Positions 11,749-24,269 of a DNA stretch of 64,000 nucleotides are shown here, piece by piece. The translations under genes and the position numbers were made by a program. The notes under the pieces were generated by a model. The model was given only the letters and a program-made list of their open reading frames with translations. It was not told the origin of the DNA and made no database searches. How positions within the stretch are numbered: the stretch's first letter is position 1; each line of letters begins with the position of its first letter. Source of the stretch: Selaginella moellendorffii (Eukaryota > Plantae > Lycopodiophyta); contig NW_003314328.1 in assembly GCF_000143415.4 (NCBI RefSeq), positions 955,626 through 1,019,625 of the forward strand. Reading direction: 5' to 3'.

Positions 11749-13815
11749 ATGGAGAAGATTTGGTGCCTCGGCGGCATTCTTTTGCTGGTATCGACCTGTG
11801 CCGGCGTCTCATTCCACGCCACGCTGCATCGCAGCGATGCGGTATTGACCACTGATGCGCATTGGTACACGCAGACTCTGGATCACTACGCGACTCAAGT
11901 AAGAATTCTTTTTGTTTGTTCTTCGAGAGATTGGAATTTTACATTGCTCGATATTTACAGGACGATAGGACTTTTGCTCAACGTTACTATGAGTTTACGG
12001 ACTACTTCGATGCTCCCAACGGGCCAGTGTTTCTCAAGATATGTGGCGAGGGAACGTGTGTAGGGATCCAAAACGATTACAGTGCGGTAAGAAAAGCATT
12101 TTGCTCGATTGAATTGGATCGCTTTCCTTACCTGCGGTGTCAAGGTGCTAGCGAAAAGATTTGGAGCCGCGATTGTTTCTCTGGAACACCGATACTATGG
12201 ACAAAGCTCGCCATTCAAATCTCACGCGACAGAGAACTTGATTTATCTATCTTCCAAGCAGGCTCTTTTCGATCTCGCAGCATTTCGTGAATACTACCAG
12301 GTGGCAGCTATTTTATATAGTTTCACGACTTGAATGACGCTGTGTTGCAGGACCTGATTAATCATAGGACCAACTCTACCAGCGACAATCCTTGGATTGT
12401 AATGGGAGGGTCATACTCTGGAGCATTGAGTGCCTGGTTTAAGCTGAAGTTTCCACATTTAGCGGTTGGAAGCGTTGCAAGCTCTGGTGTTGTCCAAGCA
12501 ATTTTCAAGTTCACTAAGTTCGACGAGCAGGCAAGACTCTTTCTCGTTTTTATCTTGATTTTATTTCTAAGCGTTCGTATACACCTACAGGTTGCCGAAT
12601 CCGCTGGCGCTACCTGTAGCGCTGCTTTGCGTGCCGTAACCCGTTTAGCAGAACAAGGCCTGAAGGAAAATTCTGTTTCTACGAAAGCCTTGTTCAATGC
12701 TGAACAGGTAACCTCTGGTCAGTTATAGAGCTCACGCCAAGTAAACTTTGCAGCTTGATGTAGATGGAGATTTCTTGTATTTGCTAGCTGATGCTGCAGC
12801 GATTGCGGTATGTCTAGTCCTTTACTCTGTTGCCTGATATTTTCTTTTCTTGCGCAGTTTCAGTATGGTAATCCAGATATCTTGTGTTCGCCACTTGTTG
12901 CTGCGTATAAACGTAACGAGGATCTACTGGTATGTGCGTGAAAGTGATGCCGCTGCAGATAATTTTCTTGTTGTTCAGGCTGTGTATGCGAAGTATGTCA
13001 AAGATTACTACATAGACACATTTAAATCGAGCATCAATACTTATGATCAAAAGCACTTGAAAGAAAACTTGGCTGCAGGAGATCATTCGAGTAAGTCTAC
13101 CGTTGAGCTTCTGTTTTGGCTGACAGCCTGCTTGTAGGTGATAGATTATGGTGGTACCAAGTGTGCACCGAAGTAGCGTACTTTCAAGCGGCGCCTGCAA
13201 ACAATAGCATTCGCTCTGCTCTCGTCAATGTCAAGTACGTACTCATAAGCTGTGTCATCTTATCCATGCTGCTTGTGCAGGTACCATTTGGATTTATGCT
13301 CCAACGTCTTCGAGAACGGCACATTCCCAGAAGTCGATAACACGAACCTTTACTACGGGGGAAACAAGATCAGAGGTATTTCCAGTTGATGTTGTCCGTT
13401 GGCAGTCATCATTCATCCTTTGTTTGTTGTAGGAGATAAGATTTTGTTCATGAACGGTTCCCAAGATCCTTGGCGTCATGCCTCCAAGCAAACTTCTTCG
13501 CGTAATGGTAAGGGAGCCATCATAAGCTATGTCGTCTCAAATCAGCTTTGATACATTTGCAGAGCCTGCATATGTGATTAAGTGTCAGAACTGCGCTCAT
13601 TGTGTTGATATGCGAGGCTGTCCGCAGACCCCGCTTCAAATCGGAGGTAAACCATGGCTTATGTTTACTCGCATTTGATGGCATGTGTATATATCCTTGC
13701 AGGAAACACCTCGAAATGCGCCGACCCGGAGGCTGCACAAGCGGGTCAGCAGCTCATAGCCACTTACATCTCCCGCTGGCTCGAAGACGCGAATGGCTCT
13801 GTAAAGTACATGTAG
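11749..13815 (+). CDS. Serine peptidase S28 family (EDA2-like), secreted, 13 exons
   Basis: Signal peptide, QTLDHY, LEHRYYGQS, nucleophile GGSYSG, NGSQDPW (Asp), CAHC (His). One GC-AG intron at 12531-12590. Confidence 0.92.
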
Positions 13816-15034
13816 ATCCTGGTAAGTGTTTGGCCTCTCAAGATGGATTTCCCTTTCATAGTTTTTACATCGTTGCAGGCACCCTTCAAGGTAGCTTTCG
13901 ATTAGCGAAGGTGATGCAAATTTCAGGTCATCGTATACTTTTGTCTGATCTCGGGTGGTTTCCAGATTCACGCAAAAATCTCGCTGGTCAAAAATCCGAT
14001 GCTACATCTATGGTATGGCGTAACGCAAGGTACTTTGGATTTCCTACCTGTTTAGCTTTTGTCTTGTTTCGTTTTTTTCCTGCATTCTACACTGCTGCCA
14101 ACTATTGTCTATGCTTTTTCTAATCGCATGGTATAAAATGCTTATCTGTGAGGTGCGTGTGGGGGTATGTGTGTGTGTGTTTCTCTACTGGTATTCTTTG
14201 TCCATGATCCAACCATTCCTTCCCAGCGTCAGCTCTAAAACTTTTTTCTTTTGTTCTCTTTTTCTTGCCACACTCTTTGTTTTCTCTTTGATCCTACACG
14301 CCTGGGCCTCCCTCCTTGTTGGCTTCGTTGTCCTCCAGATGCGCATGGCTGCTCATGATCGCTTAAATTCAACAAGTGGTCATAATCCTCTTTTTTATTT
14401 TTCTCTCTCTTCCTCCGACAAAAGCTCGAGAAGAAACCATTTTTTTGGCCGTGGTCAGCTTACTCACTTGCTTGTCACTTTTCATTCGAAGGGCGGCTTT
14501 CAGTAAAAGATTATTCTTATGTGACTGTTTGCTTTGATCATGAAGTATACTAATCGAGGCTCTTCCTTTTTTTTCTCTTCCAGACATTCACCGCATTCGC
14601 AAAAAAAGAAAGAGAAGCCTTTCGCTCCAGTCTGTGGTGAGATCACTGCGTCCTTTTTGTTAGAGTTTTCAGCACCTCTTCGTTGGCCGCGTGAGATCAT
14701 GAGAGAAAACAAGTGATTTGCTCGATACTTTCTTGTCAGGGGGGGCGCTCCATATAACCCGAGCTTGGAGAGAAATCCTCGAGAGTTTAGAATTGGAACT
14801 CGCAAGAACAGCAATAACAGCTTTCTTTCTAGCAACTTGGGGCTCTCGTTTTCTTTGTCTCTTGCGAGTACGATCGCTGTTTCTTCCAATTGCAAGTTTA
14901 AAATCTGGGAAAACTTCTGGCTGGTTGCATCAGGGACAGGGTTGCAGTGGCCTTGGCAGACAAGAGCAATCGAGCAAAGATCATCCTTTCTGTACGATTG
15001 GATTTTCCTTTTCGATCGCTTTGATCCATTTGGC

Positions 15035-16657
15035 ATGGAGATGGAGCACGAGGACTTCGCAGGATCGCAGTTTTGCTCCATCTGGGAGAGCTTCTCTTCC
15101 GACGAGTGTGGATCTGGAGCCTCCTCTCTCAATCTTCCCGAGCTTTGCAACAGCCCGGATCACAACGACAATGGCTCCTGGCTGCCTCCTCCTTCCTCTT
15201 CCCAGATTTTCCATTCCAAGCCAGCTACAGCGTTGGCTCTTGACAATCACCACCACCACCACCAAAACTTGGACAGGATCATCGATTCCTTCCCTTCTCC
15301 TTCCACTTCTTCGTCTCACCACCACACTCTCATCAGCTCTCCCGACTCGCCACTCGTGTTTAACTTCCTCCTCCCGCAACACCAGCACAGTTCTAGCTCC
15401 ATCCAGTTTGGATTTCCTCCAGTCCAGCTCCTCCAATCTCCCGAGGAGGTAATTCCCAGCAAGCCATGCGTGAAAACACCACCCAAGAGCTCCAAAGCTT
15501 CTTCTTCCAGCTCTCTCAATCAAAACTCCTCGAGTTCTTCCATGGCTGTATTGGAGAATCACTGCGCGAGGATCAAAAAGGAGCGGGCCGAGGTGCAAGA
15601 CGAGAATTGCCCGGCCTGGAAGAAAAAGTGCCTGGTAAGTTCTCTTGCGATCTTAGTCCATTCTTTCTCGAGTAGTAGAAAAGCTTGTCTATTTCCTTTC
15701 TTTCTCGAGGAGAATTCGTCCCATGACACACAACTCTTAGATGGTTCTTTCTTTCGAGAGTTTATTCGCATTCATCTTGTCATTCTTTCCGAGTTTCTCA
15801 AACTCTCGCACTTCCATTCTTTCCCGAGGAGAATTCTCTTGTGCGAGTCTCTTGGCATAGAACTCTAAGATGGTTCTTTCTTTCCAGAGTTTCTTCGTAT
15901 TCATCTTGTCATTCTTTCTCGAGGTTCTTCATCATCGTCTCTTGATCTTCTCAATCTCTCGCTGCAGGAATCGAGGGGCTTGGAATCTCGGACAAAGTCA
16001 TCAGTAACATTGTCAGCGCCCGAGGAGAGCAGCACAGTTACCTCAGCGCTTGGACCAGCTCTAAACACCGACGGAAAGCCACGCGCAAAGCGTGGATCTG
16101 CCACGGACCCGCAAAGCATCTACGCTCGGGTAAAATCTCTCAATCCAGAAACAAAAAAAAATCTTCTTACTCGTCTCAAGTCGTGTTCATGCTCTTCATT
16201 CCCTGTGTCTCTTTTGCTTTGTCTTCTAACGTTTTTACTCTTGGTTTTTCGCTGCCAGCAAAGAAGAGAAAGGATCAACGAGCGTTTGAGAGCGCTACAA
16301 GGACTCGTACCAAACGGAGCGAAGGTGGGTCTCTTTGGCCATTCCTTCACGTAAGCTTTTGGAGATGGGATATTGAGCGATTGACTTTGTGCTCCAGGTT
16401 GACATTGTGACGATGCTCGAGGAAGCCATCAACTATGTCAAGTTTTTGCAGCTGCAAGTAAAGGTCATGCGTGCTCAATATGGAGAAACAAAAAAAAGAC
16501 TAAACTTGTCAACTTTGCTTCCCTTTCTTCGCAGCTGCTCAGCTCGGACGAGTATTGGATGTACGCCCCCACAAATTACAACGGGATGAATATCTCCCTT
16601 GGAATGCACCTCAACATGCAGTCATACCTCAAGATCAAGGAAAACGTTAGCAGCTAG
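15035..16657 (+). CDS. RSL: bHLH transcription factor, class II RSL (subfamily VIIIc2; root hair/rhizoid growth)
   Basis: ALNTDGKPRAKRGSATDPQSIYAR|QRRERINERLRALQGLVPNGAK|VDIVTMLEEAINYVKFLQLQVK|LLSSDEYWMYAP (RSL motif). Confidence 0.92.
15705..15925. repeat. Degenerate direct duplication (about 115-bp unit) inside RSL intron 1
   Basis: CGAGGAGAATTC...AGATGGTTCTTTCTTT...TTCATCTTGTCATTCTTTC occurs twice. Confidence 0.7.
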
Positions 16658-16900
16658 AGACGAGGAGAAACAAAAGAGCAAAAGCTTACACAACCTCGAA
16701 GTCATTCTTTTCCTCCTGTTTTTTTCCCCGGGTTCCGAAGAAACCACGAGAATACATTCATATTTTTGCTTCCAGGCCATCACCTGGAAGTTGCATTCAT
16801 CTGCCAAGAGTGAAACAAGCAATCAAAAGAAATAAAAACTGGATTACGAAATGGATTCTCGATGGTATCATATCTCGGTTGTTAGAGAGAAGTTACAAAG

Positions 16901-17883
16901 TCACCCCCGAAGCCATGCGTTTCTGAAGGACGAGTTGTCTCGCAAGGAAGCGTCGTGTGGTTTGTACTCCATCACGTAACTGGTGGGGAGATGGAGGTGC
17001 CGCTTGATGGAATCGCGAAGAGCCATCACAGCCTGTAAACACAAGTAAGCACGACTGTGGAGAAGAACAGCGAAGCAGACAGTTCACTTCCAAACCATAC
17101 CTGATTATCAGACGCGTTCCTGTTCCAGACGCTCAAAATGTCCTCCCCGAAACGAATGCTCAGCACCGCTCCACAGACGCTGTCACTGTAGTCGAGTTGA
17201 TCTCCGATCATTGCAAGCACCTGTGAGAATAAAAAAAAAACGTTTTTAGCCGGTCACAAACTTGAGAAAAAGTGAGAAACAAAAAAGAGAGAGAGAAAAT
17301 GACTATACCAAGTCCTCCCAGAATCGACCGGATACGATCTTCTTAAAGCGAACAATCCATTTTCCACCGTTTCGATTTGCAGTATCCTGACGAGAGAGAA
17401 AATAAAGGATTGTATCTAAGAAAAAAAAAGGATGGACCGAGAAATTCTATACCTCCCACAGTGGTCTTATTCCCTCTTTGAAGAGATGAAAGTCAGTGGG
17501 ATTTGGACAATTGGATGGCCTCGAGAGATGGCAGTAGCAGCTCCAAAACCCCTCAACCTGGTCAAGAAAAACCATAAGAGAAGAAACCAAAAAAAAAAAA
17601 AAGGATAGGACTACTCACAGTGCTAAACTCAGCGATCTTCTTCATACTGTCCTCATAGGAAATATGAGAGCGCACGCCCGGAGTCCTCCTCGTGTACCAA
17701 AACACAAAGCGTTGCTGCAAGGCAAACAATCAAACCAATGGCGCTCAATCGCGATGGATCGATCGAGCGGCACAAGAGGAGTACCTGGAGCGGATGCAAG
17801 CCGGCGCGAATGTGGCGCTCCTTGTCATCGGTGTCGCGCAATCGACGAAGCTCCTCCTCGTCGCTACTCCCTTCCAGCGCCAT
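16901..17883 (-). CDS. nCBP: Novel cap-binding protein (class II eIF4E)
   Basis: LHPLQ|QRFVFWYTRRTPGVR, VEGFW, FHLFKEGIRPLWED, GGKWIVRFKK, CGAVLSIRFGEDILSVWNRNA, YKPHDASLRDNSSFRNAWLRG*. Confidence 0.95.
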
Positions 17884-18004
17884 TTTTAGGGTTTATCGCC
17901 CTTATGATCTTTGTTAAAGAGCTCTAAATGTTACTTTAAAATATGGTAAAATTAACCACATATTGAAACCCTTTAACAGGACCTTTTAGGGCTTCACTGG
18001 AAAG

Positions 18005-18560
18005 ATACGATCAAAGCTCTCGATCATAGTTTCACACACTTTTCGCAGGTGTACAAGAATGATATCGCGCTCAAATTCTTGGTCGTCGATCCGACCAAGC
18101 ACACTTGAGTTACTTCCTCTCACAGGCATCTCTTTGTCTTTCTAGCGGACGCTCGGCGGGAGCGTCTTCGTGAAGATAGGGTTGCATTCTAGAGTGCGGC
18201 ACTCGAGCAGTTTTGACGAATGCTCTGGCACCGCTTGTAAACGCCATCCCAGCTTGTTTGTGTGGACGAGATTCATGGAAACGCGCTACTAGCGGCTTAG
18301 TGCCGGTTGAGTTCGACAACAGCCGAGACAACTCGGTGTTTGCCTTGTGTGGAGGAAAGCGAGACGTCACAGACAGAAGGATCTCCAAGAGTGATCTTCC
18401 ATTTCAGCTGAATTCGTTAGAATTTGGGTTCAGCTGAATGGCTGTTAGGGACTGACCTTTTAAGGTCCTGCCCCGATGCCAAGGATCGCTCCCAGGCCAT
18501 GAGTGTGCATGCTTCCATCGTGCCATCAACCTACGATCTCGATCGCTACTCTGTTGTTTT
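18005..18560 (+). pseudogene. Unknown gene fragment fused to a PLS-type PPR N-terminal fragment
   Basis: LLRSCPDAKDRSQAMSVHASIVPSTYDLDRY is PPR-like. Related copies at 24270-24695(-), 25465-26030(+), 32720-33152(-), 39254-39410(+). Confidence 0.55.
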
Positions 18561-18925
18561 TCGCAAGGGTTGAATCTTTCCCATCTTCGACAATGCAGGG
18601 GCTGTGATGCAACTGGATTCTTGGATACGGTCCTGAGAACTTTCTGGATATCGTTGCCAGATGGTCCAACTTGAAAGCTTTGATGTAAAGTTGGCTTTTA
18701 CTCGTTTATTCATTTTCCAAGTTAATGATTGTTTAGTTTCTTATCTTTTTTCACAGATTTCGAGTGAAATTTGTCTCGGCTATTCGCACCAGTGTTCCTC
18801 GTCGTGCTGTATATCGAAAATCTCTAGCACGGAAGAAAGCTCTCGACTGGATGGTGTTCTTTTCAGACCAGGTACTCTATTCTTTTGTTCCCTTCTAGTG
18901 TTCTTAAATGTTGATTCTAGACAAA

Positions 18926-19560
18926 ATGGTGCTGGGGAAGTTAGTTGAGACATTGGCTCTGAACGTGAGAAAGTCTGTGGAGAATTTAGCAGCCGAGCAT
19001 AACAAGAGACGCATCATTCACTCGCTCTTCCCATTACATATTATTTTTAGAGTTTATACAATTGGAATATGTGTTGTTTTCTAGATCCATCCTGGAGCCC
19101 GGAAAAACAGCGTTTGAGAAGGATCGATGTGGTAATCCGTTGAAAAAATTATCTCAATGAGATCTTTGAATCGACGCTAACATATATCGTGTCAGATTAG
19201 CTAAAACAAAACGCGAGCAACTGCAAGACCAATATCCCGTTCTATGGGGAGCTACACCGAGAGTGACCTGTCGTGATCGCCCAAGAAGTGGAAGCTTTCG
19301 AGGATGCCAAGCGCGATCTTATTATCATAGATACAAATGGGAGGCACAAGCAAGAGGCTGTTCTTTGAAGACTTGCTGATGCTACGAAGCCAACCTTGAT
19401 CGTTTTTGTGATGGATGGAAGCATTCGACAAGCTCTTGCTTGCTGTTACGTTCAAAGCGAGTGCCCAAGTTGACGCTGTTATCATCACGAAGATGGTAAT
19501 TGTGCGTATGTATAGCCAATGGGCATGTGGTTCTTGTTTATCTTTTCAGAGTTGCTGCTC
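18926..19560 (+). pseudogene. SRP54: SRP54 pseudogene fragment (a1)
   Basis: MVL.., [64 protein letters not shown]; frameshifts and deletions. Confidence 0.85.
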
Positions 19561-19641
19561 ATAGATATCTAGAAGACAAGACGACATTTATATGGATATT
19601 CCGTCCCTCGTTTAGGGAAAGCTTTCTTCTCTCCCAATGAA

Positions 19642-20037
19642 AGAAGTTTCCCAGATTTTAAACTTGCAATTGGAACAAACAGGGTTGTTCTCGATCCTTC
19701 TTGCAAGAGACAAAGAAAACGAGGAGAAAGAAAGCTGTTATTGCTGTTTCTAAACTCTCAAGAATTTCACTCAAAGCTCGGCTTATATGGAGCGCCCTGA
19801 CAAGAAAGTATCGAGGAAATCACTTGTGGCAGTGATCTCACCACAAAACTGGAGCGATAGGGTTCTCTTCTTTTTTGCAAATGCAGTTCTGGAAGAGAAA
19901 AAAGGGAAGAACCTCGATTAATATACTTCATGATCAAAGCAAACAGTCACACAAGAATGAAAAAGTGAGTAAGATGACCAGCAAAAGATGGTTTTCTTCT
20001 TGAGTTTTTGTCGGAGGAAATAAAAGGATTATGACCA
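19642..20037 (-). repeat. Inverted, deletion-riddled copy of RSL upstream region (about 14375-14920)
   Basis: e.g. AGAAGTTT.CCAGATTTTAAACTTGCAATTGGAA and ATACTTCATGATCAAAGCAAACAGTCACA are reverse complements of about 14885-14920 and 14520-14550. Confidence 0.85.
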
Positions 20038-20131
20038 TGAACATGAACTTTGCATCTCGAAAACTAGCCTGAAACAATGTGAAAACTATGAAATGGAAAT
20101 CCATCTAGAGAGTTCGAACACTCACAAGGAT

Positions 20132-22169
20132 TTACATGTACTTTACAGAGCCATTCGCGTCTTCGAGCCAGCGGGAGATGTAAGTCGCTATGATCCTCTG
20201 ACCCGCTTGTGCAGCCTCCGGGTCGGCACACTTCGAGGTGTTTCCTGCAAGGATATATACACATGCCATCAACTGTGAGGAATGGAATCCATGGGTTTAC
20301 CTCCGATTTGAGGCGGGGACTGCGGACAGCCTAGCATATCAACTCCATGACCGCAGTTTTGACACTTTATCACATATGCGGGCTCTGCAATTGCATCAAA
20401 AGCTGATTTGAAACAACATAGCTTATGATGGCTCTCTTACCATTGCGGGAAGAAGTTTGCTTGGAGGCATGACGCCAAGGATCTTGGGAGCCGTTCATAA
20501 ACAAAATCTTATCTCCTGCAACAAATTATGAATGATGGACAGCATCAACTAGGAAATACCTCTGTTTCCCCCATAGTAAAGGTTCGTGCTATCGACTTCT
20601 GGGAATGTGCCGTTCCCGAAGACGTTGGAGCATAAATCCAAATGGTACCTGCACAACCATCAGGACATTGGATAAGATGACACAGCTTGTGCTTACGTAC
20701 TTGACATTGATGAGAGCAGAGCGAATGCTATTGTTTGCAGGCGCCACTTGAAAGTACCCCAATTCGGTGCACATTTGGTACCACCATAATCTATCACCTA
20801 CAAGCAGACCATCAGCAAAAACTCAAGCTCAACGCTAGACTTACTCGAATGATCTCCTGCAGCCAAGTTTTCTTTCAAGTGCTTTTGATCATAAGTATTG
20901 ATGCTCGATTTAAATGTGTCTATGTAGTAATCTTTGACATACTTCGCATACACAGCCTGAACGACAAGAAAATTATCTGCAGCGGCATCACTTTCACGCA
21001 CATACCAGTAGATCCTCGTCACGTTTATACGCAGCAACAAGTGGCGAACACAAGATTTCTGGATTACCATACTGAAACTGCGTAAGAAAAAGAAAATATC
21101 ATGCGGCAGAGTAAAGAACTAAATTATACCGCAGTGGTCGCAGCCTCAGCTAGCAAATACAGGAAATCTCCATCCACGTCGAGCTGCAAAGTTTAATCGG
21201 CGTGAGATCTAAGACTGACCAGAAGTTACCTGTTCAGCATTGAACAATGCTTTCGTAAACACAGAGTTTTTCTTCAGGCCTTGTTCTGCTAAACGGGTCA
21301 CGGCACGCAAAGCAGCGCTACAGGTAGCACCGGCGGATTCGGCAACCTGCAGGTGTATACGAACGCTTAGAGATAAAATCAAGGAAAAGATGGTAAAGGC
21401 TTTCCTGCTCGTCGAGCTTAGTGAACTCGAAAATTGCTTGGACAATACCAGAGCTTGCAACGCTTCCAACCGCTAAATGTGGAAACTTCAGCTTAAACCA
21501 GGCACTCAAGGCTCCAGCGTATGACCATCCAATTACAATCCAAGGATTGTCCCTGGTAGAGTTGGTCCTATGATTAATCAGGTCCTGCAACACAGCCTCT
21601 ATTCAAGTCGTGAAACTATATAAAATATCTGCCACCTGGTAGTATTCACGAAATGCTGCGAGATCGTAAAGAGCCTGCTTGGAAGATAGATAAATCAAGT
21701 TCTCTGTCGCGTGAGTTTTGAATGGCGAGCTTTGTCCATAGTATCGGTGCTCAAGAGAAACAATCGCGGCTCCAAACCTTTTCGCTAGCACCTTGACACC
21801 GGAGGTAAGAAAAGCGATCAAGTTCAATCGAGCAAAAAGTTTTCTTACCGCACTGTAATCGTTTTGGATCCCTACACACGGTCCCTCGGGACATATCTTG
21901 AGAAACACTGGCCCGTTGGGAGCATCGAAGTAGTCCGTAAACTCATAGTAGCGCTGAGAAAAAGTTCTATCGTCCTGCAAAGATCGAGTACCCAATCTCT
22001 CGAAGAACAAACAAAGAAAATTTCCCACTTGAGTCGCGTAGTGATCCAGAGTCTGTGTGTACCAATGCGCATCAGTCGTCAATAGCGCACCGCTGCGGTG
22101 CAGCGTGGCGTGGAATGAGACGCCGGCACAGGTCGACACCAGCAAGAAAATGCACCAAATCTTCTCCAT
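20132..22169 (-). CDS. S28 serine peptidase paralog (inverted duplicate); intact except GA donor at intron 4 (possible pseudogene)
   Basis: All exons match 11749-13815 with only in-frame indels. GWSYAG, DPW and CGHG retained. Intron 21404-21347 is GA-AG. Confidence 0.75.
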
Positions 22170-22420
22170 CTCGGGATCCAGAGAGAAACCTCGCGCTTCG
22201 TACCTCGGCGCATTCATTGTCTGCTTGATCCCGCCATTCCCAAATGATAGATGGTTCTGCTCTCCCTCAACTTGGCGTGATCGTGTAGTTCACTCAAGCA
22301 AGACTAACTTCTTCAAAATATAACACTACTTCGAGAGGATCTCTTTTTGGTTCTTTTCGTGGACTGAATCAAATAGTTTCCTGAGGAATATCGGACGGTT
22401 GGATTTGTGGCTGCTTATCC

Positions 22421-22560
22421 GAGCCCTTTCTTTATTTCTTTTTTTTTTGTAGGGCCCTTTCTTTATTCTATTATCCTCACCACATATTTAAACCACTTTC
22501 CAGTCACTACAGCTGAGCCGTTCCTTTATTTCTTTTTTTTGTAGGCCCTTTCTTTATTTC
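22421..22560. repeat. Short T-rich direct duplication at a deletion scar
   Basis: GAGCC..CTTTATTTCTTTTTTTTTGTAGG.CCCTTTCTTTATT occurs at 22421-22470 and 22516-22560. Confidence 0.65.
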
Positions 22561-22575
22561 ATCTGTTACTCTGCG

Positions 22576-23465
22576 AGCGATCGCCCAACAAGGAGTGGAT
22601 GCCAAGCGCAATCTTATTATCATAAACATGAGTGGAAGGCACAAGCAAGACGCTGCTTTATTCGAAGAGATGCGTCAACTTGCTGTTGCTACGAAGCCGG
22701 ACTTGATAGTTTTTGTGATGGACGGATCAAGCTCTTGTGTTCAAGGAGAGTGCCCAAGTTGGCGCTGTTATCATCATGGTAAAGGTGGCGGCACTCTTAG
22801 GGCGTAAGTATTCCCTTTTGTAAGACAATGCGCATGTTCTAACTTGTTTGTTCCTTTCAGAGTTGCTGCCACCAAAAGTCCCATAATATTCCTGGGGACT
22901 GGAGAGAGGCTGAACGATTTGGAAGTGTTTGAGTCCAGGTCTTTTGCGAACAAGTTACTTGGTATGGCAGATTTGAAGGGGCTGATGGACAAGATCAAGA
23001 ATACTGTGATGAGCGACGAATCAGAGCTGATGGAAAAGTTCACGAAGGGAACTATCAGTTTTAAGTTCTTGTGTGACCAGCTTGAAAACATTTCGAGCAT
23101 GGGATACTAAGTGATGTCATGGCCACGATTCCCGGGCTTAGTATGCAAAATATCAAGCTGGAATAGAGTGAGCTGAACACAAGGAAGTGCAAAACAATTC
23201 TAAACTCTATGACGAACAAAGGCTTATTTCTTATATGTTTACTAACTGAAGTGTTTGATTCTAGAGGGAGAGTTCTAATTTGTTTGAGTCTCAGGTACAT
23301 AGAATCGCAAATGGCCCAAGAAGGAATATTGGTGAGGTTAAGCAAATGGTGGATCAAGTTAAGCTGTTCTCCAAACAGCTCAAATCATTACCCATCAACA
23401 AAAAAGGTGGCATGCTCAACAATGAAAATATGATGAAGATTCATGAAAAAACTCCAAGACAAAGA
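22576..23465 (+). pseudogene. SRP54: SRP54 pseudogene fragment (b1)
   Basis: [63 protein letters not shown]; in-frame stops in the M domain. Confidence 0.88.
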
Positions 23466-23509
23466 TAAGAAAAGTGCTATTTGAAAACGAAACCAAATGA
23501 ATGAAAGTT

Positions 23510-24060
23510 GAATATTCTCCAGGCTCGATTAAGGATCGCCGCATCGCCACGATCGCGGCTGCCGTGTGGTACTCCTCGGCCTGGATCGCCTCTCGCAATT
23601 GCGCCGCGAGCTCGTTGTAGCGTGAAATCGCCCTCATCCATGGCTCCTCCTCCTCTCGCAATGCCCGGCGATTCTAGCCTCTGAGTAGCAAGGCCTGCAA
23701 AATCGATGCGAGCAATCGGTTAGAAAGAGACGATCCCATGATCAGCAATGTGAACCGACGAGGAATTACGGCCGCTAGAGTTTTCCAGGGAGGAGGAACC
23801 TCTGGTGCCGCCGCCAATCCCTGCTGCCGCGATCGCACAAATTCGAGCTCCGAGGGTCCTGCGCTCCTATCGCCACGGTGTGATTGATCGTGTACACGCC
23901 AGACAGCGCCGGCGACGCGGATTCCTGCCTTCTCCTCTCAAGCTTCGCGATCTTCTTGGAACTCATCGCGATCGCCTGGAACACCTGTAGGGCACACATA
24001 CGCGATCGGAATCCGACACATTCATCGCCCGGATTCTCACCGCGGCGTCCCGCCCGAGCT
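23510..24060 (-). pseudogene. Fragmented gene with UVR-like coiled-coil motif
   Basis: YNELAAQLREAIQAEEYHTAAAI resembles the UvrB/UvrC motif; spliced-looking fragments; duplicate at 31860-32495. Confidence 0.35.
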
Positions 24061-24269
24061 TCCTCCTCGTACGTAAATCAAAGACCGACGTGGCAAGTCT
24101 GACGTGGGATATATTCGCCAGACCATAGGAGGAGGACGGGCGAAGATATCGCCCGTCGAGGAGATCGTGATCGGCGTTCGTTACCTCTGGTTAGATCGCT
24201 GGTGGCTTTGTAGCTCGCAGCTGCTGCTCGGACGAAGGAGAAGAGGAGGAGATGCTGCTCGAATCGGGT

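Noticed and set aside
14765-15868. 367-aa ORF and overlapping 244-aa and 205-aa ORFs
   Set aside because: These are RSL exon 1 extended by a non-ATG start and intron read-through; the others are alternative-frame or antisense shadows of low-complexity sequence.
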